DNA from: Eledone cirrhosa | Lineage: Eukaryota | Reading direction: 5' to 3' | Assembly (NCBI GenBank): GCA_964016885.1 | Contig: OZ024756.1 | Location: forward strand, 11,098,001-11,162,000 | Length of the DNA stretch: 64,000 bases | In this document: positions 48,946 to 61,477 of the stretch, piece after piece | Layout: every line of letters starts with the position of its first letter | Position numbering within the stretch: position 1 is the first letter of the stretch | Position numbers and translations under genes: made by a program | Notes under the pieces: model-generated | Told to the model about the DNA's origin: nothing | The model's input: only the letters and a program-made list of their open reading frames with translations | Databases searched by the model: none

Positions 48946-49462
48946 AACATGGGGAGAAGAATACTGCATGGTTGCACATGGATTACATATTATAAAATTA
49001 GTCCCTCATCAGTGATTTGCCAACCATCATTGGTATTTCATCGCATTATATGCATAGTTACGTCCCTTTACGGCCTGAGTTCAAATCCCGCTGTGCTGAA
49101 TAAGACCCGTCCCACCCTTGCAAGCAGGGAAAAGCGGACGTAAAATGATGATGATGATGATGATATACATGTGCAGAAAGCATACATAAAATGATGATGA
49201 AAGAAACTTTGGGATACAAGGAACATATGAATATAATATAGTATTGAAATTTTTAAAGAAAAGTTTTCTGGTGTGGGGTGGGGGAGTGCATCTGGTGCAT
49301 GGGATAATCCTCTGCCACCAGTTTCACAGATTATTTTTCCAGGATATATGTAATCTTTATATACAATTTGCTCAACAGTGGAAATAGCTTAAGATTCCCA
49401 CCCCCTCTCTCTCTTACTGCAATGCAATGTTACTGTTTCTATTGTTTGATGATGGGTTACCA

Positions 49463-49494
<32 letters not shown>

Positions 49495-49718
49495 GTATGT
49501 ATATATATATATATACACACATATATATATATATATATATATATGTGCGTGTGTGTATGTATATATATATATATATATGTGTGTGTGTATGTATATATAT
49601 ATATATAATTATATATATATATATACATACACACATATATATATATATATAATTATATATATATATATACATACACACATATATATATATATATAATTAT
49701 ATATATATATATATACAT

Positions 49719-49754
<36 letters not shown>

Positions 49755-49756
<2 letters not shown>

Positions 49757-50305
49757 CGAACGGCAAAGCATAAATGAATTGAGAGAGAGGCTGAGCATAA
49801 GAGGAATCAAATGCTGTGTGCAGGAGAGGCGGTTGCGTTGGTATGGACATGTGATGCGTATGAAGGATGACAGCTGCATAAAAAGGTGCAGAGCACTAGA
49901 AGTTGATGGAAACCGCGGAGTGGGGACACCCAAGAAGACCTGGGATGAGGTGATAAAAGCCGACCTTACCCAATTACACCTCTCAAAGGCCGTGACCTCT
50001 AGCGTCACGCAGTAATACAGAGTACCCGACCTCCCATGGGTACAAGCTGAAGCATATAGACAATATGCCCCTACACCCTTCCACTGTAAAGTGGACGTGT
50101 AGGCGCCACGGAAAAAGCACTCAGCCCTCACTGTAAATGAGGTTGATGTTAGGAAGGGCATCCAGCTGTAGAAATCAAGCCAGAATCAGTTCCTGTATGA
50201 GCAAGGCATGGTCAGCCGACCAGACACTGCCCACAACAGGACAACCCGTCTAACCCATGCTAGCATGGAAGAACGGACGTAAAACGGTGATGATGATGAT
50301 GATGA
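49755..50305 (+). mobile_element. RTE 3' fragment with (GAT)n tail
   Basis: [18 protein letters not shown] plus 3' UTR; related pieces at 51284-51508 (-) and 51987-52372 (+). Confidence 0.88.
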
Positions 50306-50509
50306 TACATACACACATGTATATATATACACATATATATATATACACACATACATATATATACACACATACACACACATATATATATATACACATATAT
50401 ATAGATAGATAGATATATATACACACATATATATATATACACATATATATATATATATACACACACACATATATATATATATGTACTCGTGAGTAAATAC
50501 TAATAATAT

Positions 50510-51070
50510 AATTGTTTCTACTATTGGCACAAGGCCAGCAATTACCCAGTGTATTACTTGTACTTTATTTTATTGACCCCGTAAGGATGAAAGGCAAAGT
50601 TAATCTTGGCGGGATTTGAACTCAGAATGGCAAGGGCCGTAACTCCATGTATCAAAGCATGGCGTCAGATCCTCTACCGATAATAATATAATTGTTTCTA
50701 CTTTTGGCACAAGGCCAGCAATTACTCAGTGTATTACTGGTACTTTATTTTATCGACCCGTAAGGATAAAAGGCAAAGTTAACCTCAGGGGGGATTTGAA
50801 CTCAGACTGTAAAGGGACGTAACTATGCTAGAAAGCATGGCGTCCAACCCTATAATATCATACTATTATTAGTATTCATGGCGGTGGATTGGCAGTATCG
50901 GTAGAGAGTTGGACGCCATGCTTTCCACCATAGTTACGTCCCTTTACGGTCTGAGTTCAAATCCCGCCGAGGTTAACTTTGCCTTTCATCCTGATGGGGT
51001 CGATAAAATAAAGTACCAGTAATGCACTGGGTAATTGCTGGCCTTGTGCCTAAAGTAGAAACAATTATTA
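50510..51070. mobile_element. Cluster of three SINE family A copies (-, -, +)
   Basis: Homology; the plus copy is flanked by an ATTATTAGTATTCA duplication. Confidence 0.85.
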
Positions 51071-51849
51071 GTATTCAGTTTGTTTACAAGTAAACAGCCT
51101 CATAAAACACCACGTGGTAGATGACAACTTCATCTTTTTGTTCCAGTGGAGAGAAAACAATCGACAATTGTTTTGGAGTGTCTTGTTTTTTGACAAGATT
51201 GTGTATTCTGCTCGTTAGCTACCATCTGGAACTGCTGAGAATACTACAATGTATTCTCAGCAGTTCCAGATGGTAGCTAACAGGTCGGGTACTCTGTATT
51301 ACTGCGTGACGCCAGAGGTCACAGCCTTTGAGAGGTGTAATTGGGTAAGGTCGGCTTTTATCACCTCATCCCAGGTCTTCTTGGGTGTCCCCACTCCGTG
51401 GTTTCCATTGACTTCTAGTGCTCTGCACCTTTTTATGCAGCTGTCATCCTTCATACGCATCACATGTCCATACCAACACAACCTCCTCTCCTGCACACAG
51501 CATTTGATTAATGAGCAGAATACACAATACAGCACCTCCGCCACTCCATATGGTCAGTGGGAGTTCAAACCAGCCAAAATTTATTTACTGCTAGCTATGG
51601 TGACCAGCAGAATGTTAGTGCATTCGAACCCGTTACTCGTTTGTAGCTAGAGACAACAAATAAGGTTGGTGTTACTCTTGGTTGTAGTTGAGTGGTCAGT
51701 CACCCACTCCCCTGTGACTAAGCAGGGCTGTTGGGATGTTCTGAAAGTTAGAAGGGAGCAGACACTCAAAGCAAAAACATATACATTTTTATAGTTTGCT
51801 CTCTTCTACCCAAAATTGCCTCAGAAATGTTACCTTTTACGCAATTTTG

Positions 51850-51899
51850 CTGTCTGAAGAAATCATGATATCTATCATCATTGAAATACGTATAATACA
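51850..51899 (+). ncRNA. Hammerhead motif in a repeated non-coding element (second copy 54491-54540)
   Basis: TGT-CTGAAGA-AATcATGATA-tc-TATCATcATT-GAAAT-ACGT-ATA-atACA. Confidence 0.62.
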
Positions 51900-52811
51900 T
51901 CAATTAATGAAGGACCCTAACATCTTCAGCTTGACATTTTCCTCTTTATTAATATACTCCATTATCCTTGTTTTTAGGAAGTAATATGCCGACCTTACCC
52001 AATTACACACGACCGTGACTTCTGGCGTCACGCAGTAATACAGAGTACCCGACCTCCCATGGGTACAAGCTGAAGCATATAGACAATATGCCCCAACACC
52101 CTCCCACTGCAAAGTGTTCGTGGAGGTGCCACGGCAAAAAAGCACCCAGCCCACACTGTAAAGTGAACGTGTAGGCGCCACGAAAAAGCACCCAGCACTC
52201 ACTGTAAATGAGGTTGGTGTTAGGAAGGGCATCCGGCTGTAGAAATCAAGCCAAATCAGTTCCTGTCTGAGCAAGTCATGGTCAGCCGACCAGACACTGC
52301 CCACAACAGGACAACCCGTCTAACCCATGCTAGCGTGGAAGAACGAACGTAAAACGGTGATGATGATGATGATGTTGTGCTAGAAGTGAAATGCAGCCAT
52401 GTAAACCAAATGTATTTAGCTCCCCCATGTTGAGCGTTTTTGGTACAATCCAATCTGATGAAGTAAGGCAGACTACACCCCAGGATGCCCCAACTGGTGG
52501 ACACCCATCTAACGGTGATGGAAATTTACTGCGGAACAACTTTCGAATGGATAAATGAGGGAACCAGAAGCAACAACTACCTCTTATTCTCCAAACAACA
52601 CCCTGGAAGGCAGATCTCCTGCCAGGTCCCACCCTGCTCTGCTGCGTATAGCCACGGACAGCCTGTGAGGTGCACCCATCTGCAACTCACCAAGACACCC
52701 GAAAGACTGTGAATATAACTGACTCTCTATAACTCGCCCCCACTCAGACACTTATCACGGAATTTTCCTTCAATTTTTTTTCCCTTCATTCCCTCCATAA
52801 GTCTTTTTTAC

Positions 52812-52851
<40 letters not shown>

Positions 52852-52858
<7 letters not shown>

Positions 52859-53471
52859 GGGAAGAAAGAGGAATACTGCGAGGTTGCACATGGGTTACAT
52901 ATTATAAAATTAGTCCCTCATCAGTGATTTGCCAACCATCATTGGTATTTTATCGCATTAAAAATCATATACCTCAGGTTGGTGCGAGCAATAACTAAAA
53001 TAAGCTATTGGGACAAGTGAATCGCGTAAAGCGAGTGAGACAAGTAAACAACATAGAAGGAAAAGCAAACCGAAGGTAGGAGAAAAGCAAGCAACATGAT
53101 GGTTATCCGGTCAGCATAAGCTGGGTGAATTTCATGAGCGGTCAGAAAACAGACCGTCCGACGGGAATGAGATGTGAGAAAGAAAGAACCCCACTACTAA
53201 CGAACGGGAGGAAGTGAGAAGGGGAGAAACAGAGAGTGAATGAGTGGAAGTGCGAGGAAGAGGTCAGTCGAGAGAAAGTGTAACTGACAGAGGGGGCGAA
53301 AGAAGGTGAGAGAAACAGAGAGAACGGGGGAGCAGTAAGAGAGAAACAGATAATCACAGTCAAGGTAAATATGTATAAAAAACATGGGAAGAAAGAGGAA
53401 TACTGCGTGGTTGCACATGGGTTACATATTATAAAATTAGTCCCTCATCAGTGATTTGCCAACCATCATTG
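52852..53471. repeat. Element with ~92-bp direct repeats around a purine-rich core
   Basis: AAAACATGGGAAGAAAGAGG...CAACCATCATTG at about 52852 and 53379; third copy at about 48943. Confidence 0.8.
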
Positions 53472-53473
53472 AT

Positions 53474-53687
53474 GAAGGTGTGTGGCTGAGTGGTTAGAGA
53501 ATTGGATTCACAATCTTGAGGTTGTGAGTTTGATTCCTGGACCGGGCGATGCGTTATGTCCTTGAGCAAGACACTTTATTTCACGTTGCTCCTTCTACCT
53601 GGAGTTGCAACCAATAGATAGTATTAGCAATTGGAACGACCTACGGAAACATTGTTTCCTCAGTCCGATTTGACGAAAGTCGATCGA
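53474..53687 (+). mobile_element. SINE family B1
   Basis: Homologous to 19005-19224. Confidence 0.88.
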
Positions 53688-54744
53688 TATATATATATTT
53701 TTTTTTTTCCTTTATTCTCTTTATAATCCCATTTTTCCTGTTCGTCCTTACTCATTTGCACCTTTTCTTACATCTTTCCTTAAATCCTCAATGTATTATT
53801 TGTCTCCACCAGATTGACCGGGATACCAACTACTTGATTATGTAATTTTTACATTTGTTACATGAGATACTTTAAATATTGCCAGTCATTCTTGACAAGA
53901 GGCCAGTGTTTTCCATGGGGAGTCATTACAAGTTAATATCCAGCTCTGTATCCAATCCCTAATACGAATATACACTTTGCCATTTAGATATTATTCTTAG
54001 TATATTGTCTGTTGTATAGTTTTCTGGGCTTCTAACTTTTAACTATTAACGTCTGAAATTTAGAATGTAATTGGATTTCTGGGTTGTGAAACCTTAAATA
54101 TTTTCTATAAGTTATATTAACCATAGCAGTAGATAACTTTCTCACTTTGGCGTCGGTGGTCTGTATATTATCCTGCCATAAACAGGTAACGGGTACGAAT
54201 GCAAGGAAATTCTGCTGGTCACCAAAGCTAGCAGTAAAAAAAATGTTGTGTGGTTTGAACTCCCACTGACCATATAGTGTTGTCGGCTGAGGTGGTGGGG
54301 GACTGGTAACTAGAGAGAACAAATGAGGTTGGTAGTATTCTCGGTTGTAGTTGAGTGGTCGGCTTCCCATACCTCGGGACGTTCTGAAAGTTAGAAGGGA
54401 GCGGCCACTCAAAGCAAAAACACACATCTTTTAGTCCGGTCTCATCCACCCAAAATTTCCTCAGAAATGTTACCTTTTAATCAATTTTTGCTGTCTGAAG
54501 AAATCACAGTATCTATCGTCATTGAAATATGTATAATACGTCAATTAATGAAGGACCCTAACATCTTCAGCTTCGTATTTTCCTCTTTATTATATATATA
54601 CATATAGGGTGGTGGTTTGGCAGTATCGGTAGAGGGTCGGACAACAGGCTTTGCAGCACAGAGTTACGCCCCTTGCCTTTGGTGAAAATTATAGAAGCTG
54701 GATTCTTACATTCATGTATACATCGCTATTTCAGAGCACCAATA

Positions 54745-55281
54745 CGTGATGCTTTGACGCATAGAGTTATGTCCCTTTACGGTCTGACTTGAAATCCCAC
54801 CGAGGTTAACTTTGCCTTTCATCCTTACGGGGGTCGATAAAATAGAGTACCAGTAATGTACTGGGTAATTGCTGGCCTTGTGCCAAAAGTAGAAACAACT
54901 ATTAGGAGGTGGCAGTATTGGTAGAGGGTTGGACGTGATGCTTTGACGCATAGAGTTATGTCCCTTTACGGTCTGACTTGAAATCCCGCCGAGGTTAACT
55001 TTGCTTTTCATCCTTACGGGGTCGATAAAATAAAGTACCAGTAATGTACTGGGATAATTGCTGGCCTTGTGCCAAAAGTAGAAACAATTATTAGGAGGTG
55101 GCAGTATTGGTAGAGGGTCGGACGCGATGCTTTGATGCATAGAGTTATGTCCCTTTACGGTCTGAGTTCAAATCCCGCCGAGGTTAACTTTGCCTTTCAT
55201 CCTTACGGGGTCGATAAAATAAAGTACCAGTAATGCACTGGGATAATTGCTGGCCTTGTGCCTAAAATAGAAACAATTATT
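54745..55281 (+). mobile_element. Head-to-tail trimer of SINE family A
   Basis: About 180-bp unit x3, joined by ATTAGGAGG. Confidence 0.9.
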
Positions 55282-56547
55282 AACATGTTGAACAACTACA
55301 CAGAAGCTGACTTGTTGGTTTAGCCTTAGTATATATTGCTGTTTTTGCAAGTGGCAGGAGCACTGGGGGAATGTTAACTATCATCACTAAACTAAAATTC
55401 TCTTTAGTAATCATCAGTCAGTCAGAATCATCCATTGATGGATGTGTTTAAATGGAAGAGGTCAAGTAATTATGTTTATCAAATTTGAATGAGATTCACA
55501 TAAATTGATAATCAATACTTGGAATATATATATATATATATTCAATTTGATTGAATGTAAAGAATCATGTTTATTTTTAACCCTAAGCAAAGCACAAACG
55601 AAATAAAATTAATGTTTCCTTTTTTTAGCTCTTTTAATATCAACACATCGAAAACAACTCAAATTCTGTGGTGATGAATCTCTCCTTTTTAAAGTATGAA
55701 TGGATGAATCTGTAACTCTTGTTGGAGTCATAGAGGTGCCATTGTGACATGTCTTGGACATTCCAAACGTGGCAGAACCCATCCAGTCACCCCCCCCCCC
55801 ATCTCTCTCCATATCTGAACACAACCAATTTCTTACAGGGATGAGTGAGATGGGAAGAGAGAAAGTGATATAGAGGATTAACCCCACCCCACCAAGTACT
55901 GGATTGGACTGGACTGGGCTGGTTCTTTATTTATCAACCTTGACAGGATACAAGGCAAAGTTGACCTTGGTGAGATTTAAACTCAGAGTGTGGAGAGCCA
56001 GATCAAATACCACATCAATTCACCACCATCTTGTTTTAAAGTATTCATATTTAGATAACAAATTTAAACCAGCCATATCCGGCCAAAATTCTCTCACCTC
56101 TTACTGTTCAAACTGGCTGTAACTGGCCGCTCATACTGATGTTAAGGTATTGTTCTCAAAATAAATAAAATCAAAATCTCATAGATTCAATATTTTGTGA
56201 GATAATTATGTGAGATAATGCCTTTACCGTGAAAATGTAATAGTAAATATAGAGTAATGTAAATGGTAAAGTGTTGAATGAAAAATATTATGGAAGAAAG
56301 TTTTTGTTAAGCATAATAATATGGTCTATTTTAATAAATTTCTTCATATTGTTGCTTATTTACAAAATTAATTGAAAAGCATGATTGGTGTATTTCTTCA
56401 GAAATGTTATCAAAATGGATTAAATATAAAAGTCAAAAGAATGCCGATGAAGGAATATAATAAATTTCATTCAATATTTTGAGCACAAAAGATCTAGTGA
56501 GATGTAGAAATATTAGCAGGAATATAAATTAATGTCTATATTTTCAA

Positions 56548-57085
56548 TGTCGAACAACTGCTGTCAAGGGTGGGACCGATCCGGTTGACCATCGAGTCTA
56601 TTGTAATGATCAAGCCGCCTCCCCCCTTCAAAGATGAAGGAGAGGCGGTGTTTCTGTGCGTAATAGCCATGGTGAAAGAAGTTGTATGGTGGACGCGTCT
56701 GAAAGGACTGAGGTCAGGCACCTTTCTCTCTGGCCAACAACTGGTCCGTTTCTTCCGATATCATTTCGGAAGAAGGATCAGGATGGAGAGAGAGGTGCTC
56801 CACCCCAGTCGTTTTTATGAAAGGTGGGTGAAAGTGGCGAGAATGGCCCATGTGAATGGGCCTTCTCTTTACATAAGCCTGTAGGTGGAAAAGAGGAAGG
56901 AACGAGGGAGCACCCCCTCTCTGTGCTCCTGAGGAAAAGGGTTGTTATAAATTTTATTTTTTGTTATATTTTATTTTATTTTATATATTGTTATTGCCTC
57001 CTCCTTATTGAGGACGCCTTTTTGTGTAAACTCCCCCCTTTGTACTTGTCCCACTTTTGATGCCCTGGTGGCAAATAAAAGAAAC
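56548..57085 (+). mobile_element. L1/Tx1-like LINE 3' fragment
   Basis: AVFLCVIAMVKEVVWWTRLKGL...FYERW; homologous to 40865-41480. Confidence 0.65.
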
Positions 57086-57355
57086 ATATATTTTCATCTA
57101 CTTTTAAAAATTGTATTTTATGAATCGATCGAGAAGATCCCAGACCTCATTCACTTACCGAGTGGCGTGGAACTTGTTCAATCAGATCAAGGAAACATGA
57201 TTTTCATTGCTCTTTCTATTGCTGATTTGATCTACCAGTTGCAACTCCTATAGATTCTGTTTATTAGATAAATATGATGGTTATGTTTAATCATCATCAT
57301 CATTGTCATCATCAGTGTCATCATCATCATTGTCATCATCATTATCTCCATATTG

Positions 57356-57540
57356 CGGTGGATTGGCAGTATTGGTAGAGTGTCGGATGCCATGCTTTGG
57401 CGCATAGAGTTACGGCCCTTGCCATTCTGAGTTCAAATCCCGCCGAGGTTAACTTTGCCTTTCATCCTTATGGGGTCGATAAAATAAAGTACCAGTAATA
57501 CACTGGGTAATTGCTGGCCTTGTGCCTAACATAGAAACAA
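57356..57540 (+). mobile_element. SINE family A with target-site duplication
   Basis: ATTATCTCCATATTGC on both sides. Confidence 0.92.
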
Positions 57541-57625
57541 TTATCTCCATATTGCCAGTGGTGGGAGGGGTCATGGCATTCAGTACATTAAACGGTCAAC
57601 AACTACATGGCATGGTTTCTACATC

Positions 57626-57897
57626 CAGGGTTCGATTTAGATTTTGGAGGGCCCCTCACACCAAAAATTAGAATACAGAGCAAACCCCCTAATTTTATAT
57701 ATCAAAGTTAGCTTGGCACAAGTGTGAAAAGTTATACTTAGAGATATTAAATTAAAAAATTCTAACCATCCTAAAACTAAAAAGCCCAGCCGAGGGCACA
57801 AATAAATTGCTACAGCCGATGCTAGTGAACCCCACCCTCCACTGCAGCGGGCCCAGAGCAATTGCCTCCTTTTCCCTCTCCATTAAATCTGGCCCTA
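57626..57897. mobile_element. Degenerate hAT-like MITE
   Basis: CAGGGTTCGATTTA / TAAATCTGGCCCTA ends, subterminal GGGCCC, flanks TCTACATC/TCTAAATG. Confidence 0.55.
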
Positions 57898-59111
57898 TCT
57901 AAATGCCCATCATAATGCCTACCACCTTACAGAGTGTACTAGGTGCAATTTATTGTGCTGCCATAATTAGTGAGATTATCATGTCCTTAACACAACTGAA
58001 CAGTTTGCCCAACTCTTTGTCTGGCAAGGTTTGTCTAAATGCCCTTCCTAATGTCAACCGTTTTACAGAGTGTACTGGGTGCAATTTATTATGCTGCCAA
58101 CCCTTTCTTTGGCATGGTTTTTACAATTGGATGCCTTTCCTAATGCAACCACTTTACAGAGTGTACTGGGTGTATTTTATAGAAACACCAGCACTAGGGA
58201 GGTCGTCATATCTTTGACATGACTGAACAGTCAAGTCTTCTCAACCCTTGTGTTCAATAAAAGTCTAACAAACTATTTTGATAATATTAAAAAACTCTAA
58301 CAAATCAATATCTTTCTATTATTGTGTTCAATAACATCTATAGATATTATATATCTACTTCAGATCAGCAGATATTGCTTCAGTAAACATTTCCAAACAA
58401 TGTTTTACATATTGTTCTTTTTCATTAGTTTCAGTCATTGGAACCTGGCCATGCTAGAGCACAACATTGGGTAGGGGAGGGCAAGGAGTAATCAATCATT
58501 ACAATCCCAGTATCTATTTCAGTCTGGTAACTAATTTATTGATTTTGATTTAAGGGAAAAGGCAAGGAAAAGGCAGGGAAAAGCAGACATAAAATGATGA
58601 TGATGATGATGATAAGGCGGGGAAAGGTAAAGTTGATTAACCCTTTTAGCATTTAAACCAGCCATATCCAGCCAAAATTCTCTCACCTCTTTCTGTTCAA
58701 ACCAGCTGTAACTGACCACTCATGCTGATGTTAAGGTATTGTTCTCAAAATAAATAATATCAAAATTTCATCGATTCGATATTATGTGAGATAATTATGT
58801 GAGATAAAGCATTTACCAAGATTAACAAAAAACATGAGTGGAATAGCAACATCGCAACTAGTAATTAAGGACAAAATGAAGACATACAGACACACACAAA
58901 AAAGCTAAAAAAAAAACTAACAAAACACAAAACAAATCAGACACACACAGATAGAACAAACAACCAACTAGTGACAAGTAAATAAACACATAAATAAATA
59001 AATAAATAAAAACACACACACGGATGTAACGCATGCACAAACTAAGCACACAACACACAAAAACAAGATGTTGTAGGACAGAACAAAGGAGAGACACAAA
59101 ATAAAATCTCA

Positions 59112-59154
59112 ATCACTGAGGAGGTCACAGAATGTGTGACGAAAGAGCTTTGAT
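59112..59154 (+). ncRNA. Minimal hammerhead ribozyme (same family as 43086)
   Basis: ATCA-CTGAGGA-gGTCACA-gaatg-TGTGAC-GAAAG-AG-CTT-TGAT. Confidence 0.75.
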
Positions 59155-59328
59155 AATATATAAACCATCCAGTTATTGAACCAACCAACCAGAAATTTAT
59201 AAATTGAAGTGAAAACGAACAAGTGCATGTGTTTTTATTGGCAGCATGACCCTCCCAGAGTATAACAATATCTGTTTCAACACACGTTTTCAGATAAGAA
59301 ATCTTACAAAACAAATTCAAAAACGAAT

Positions 59329-59359
<31 letters not shown>

Positions 59360-59434
59360 GTATATATATGTATATATATATATATGTATATATATATGTA
59401 TATATGTATATATATATATATATGTATATATATG

Positions 59435-59474
<40 letters not shown>

Positions 59475-59557
59475 TGTATATATATGTATATATATGTATA
59501 TGTATATATATGTATATATATATATATGTATATATATGTATATATATGTATATATAC

Positions 59558-59605
<48 letters not shown>

Positions 59606-59635
59606 GTATATATATGTATATATATGTATATATAC

Positions 59636-59690
<55 letters not shown>

Positions 59691-59718
59691 CATATATATA
59701 TACATGTATATATATGTA

Positions 59719-59754
<36 letters not shown>

Positions 59755-59826
59755 CATATATATATACATGTATATATATATATACATATATATATACATG
59801 TATATACATGTATATATATGTATATA

Positions 59827-59874
<48 letters not shown>

Positions 59875-60025
59875 TATAAGTATATATATGTATATATATA
59901 TGTATATATATATGTATATATATATGTATATATATATGTATATATATATGTATATATATATGTATGTATATATATATGTATATATATATGTATATATATA
60001 TGTATATATATATGTATGTATATAC

Positions 60026-60435
60026 CGGGAGAGATGACCCTTTAGCCTTTGTCAAGGCAGAATTCTAGGAGAAGGAAAACTCTGATATAACACCTGCAAC
60101 TCTGATGGTATCCAATGATGTTGACTTGTTCTTCTTTTTGGTAAATATCATCTTGGTTAAGAGAGTGGGACTGGCTTTGTGCAATGCCTTTGCTCACTAT
60201 AAAAGCTTCACGGCACAGGCATTGCTTTATATCTAGAGATCTCTCTGCACTTGTCGTCACATGGTACCATGGGCCCAGCACTATGTGTCAATATTTGTCA
60301 CAAGTGTAGTGTTTGTACCAGAGTTTTCAAGTCGCTGGTTGGACTAAAAAGTCACACTCGTTCAGCGCATCGGTAGGGGTTCTCCTACATGGATATAAAG
60401 TAGTGGCCGTACTCGAAAACGAGTTGGCAGCCACC
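60026..60435 (+). mobile_element. 5'-truncated copy of the 28788-29397 family
   Basis: High similarity to about 28986-29397; microsatellite on both sides. Confidence 0.9.
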
Positions 60436-60687
60436 ATGTATATATGTATGTATATATATATGTATATATATATGTATATATATATGTACATATATGTATA
60501 TATATATGTATATATATATGTATATATATATATGTATATATATATGTATGTATATATATATGTATATATATATGTATATATATATGTACATATATGTATA
60601 TATATATGTATATATATATGTATATATATATGTATATATATATGTATATATATATGTATGTATATATATATGTATATATATATGTAT

Positions 60688-61023
60688 ATGGAGGCACATG
60701 GCTTAGTGGTTAGAGCATTGACCTTGCAATCGAAAGGTTGTGAGTTCAATTCTCAGACCGGGTGATGTGTTGTTTCCTTGAGCAAGACACTTTATTTCAC
60801 ATTGCTCCAGTTTACTCAGCTGTAGAAATGAGATGATAGGGACTCAAGTCCCTATCATTCCACTGCAAAGTGGTCGTGGAGGTGCCACGGCAAAAAAGCA
60901 CCCAGCACTCACTGTAAATGAGGTTGGTGTTAGGAAGGGCATCCAGCTGTAGAAATCAAGCCAGAATCAGTTCCCGTCCCACCCTTGCAAGCAAGGAAAA
61001 GTGGACGTAAAATGAAATGATGA
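60688..61023 (+). mobile_element. SINE family B2
   Basis: Homologous to 43414-43760. Confidence 0.9.
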
Positions 61024-61103
61024 TATATGTATATATATATGTATATATATATGTATATATATATGTGTATATATATATGTATATATATATGTATATATAT
61101 ATG

Positions 61104-61175
<72 letters not shown>

Positions 61176-61477
61176 TGCTGAGGCACTGGAAATAGACAAT
61201 TGCTACAGGCAATTGTCTATTTAGTAAAGTATCTTACAGACTTCTTCTACCTTGTAAACAACATCAGCACCACCATCATCATCACCACCACCATCATCAC
61301 CACCATCATCATCATCACCACCATCATCATCACCACCATCATCATCACCACCACCATCATCATCACCATCATCACTATCATCACCATACGTCCACACTTC
61401 TATGTTAGCATGGGTTTGATGGGTCATTAACATCATCATCATCATCATTGTTGTTTTAACGTTGTCTTTTCCTGATA

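Noticed and set aside
52450-52530. CTGATGA-AGTAA...TTACT-GCGGAAC hammerhead-like motif
   Set aside because: GAAA core and cleavage site do not fit
57158-57257. Possible minus-strand exon with a GTAAGT donor
   Set aside because: Stop codons in all three frames
58637-58815. piggyBac-like MITE end (TTAA-CCCTT), homolog at about 56060-56280
   Set aside because: A repeat is evident, but paired TIRs and a TTAA TSD are not demonstrable in one copy
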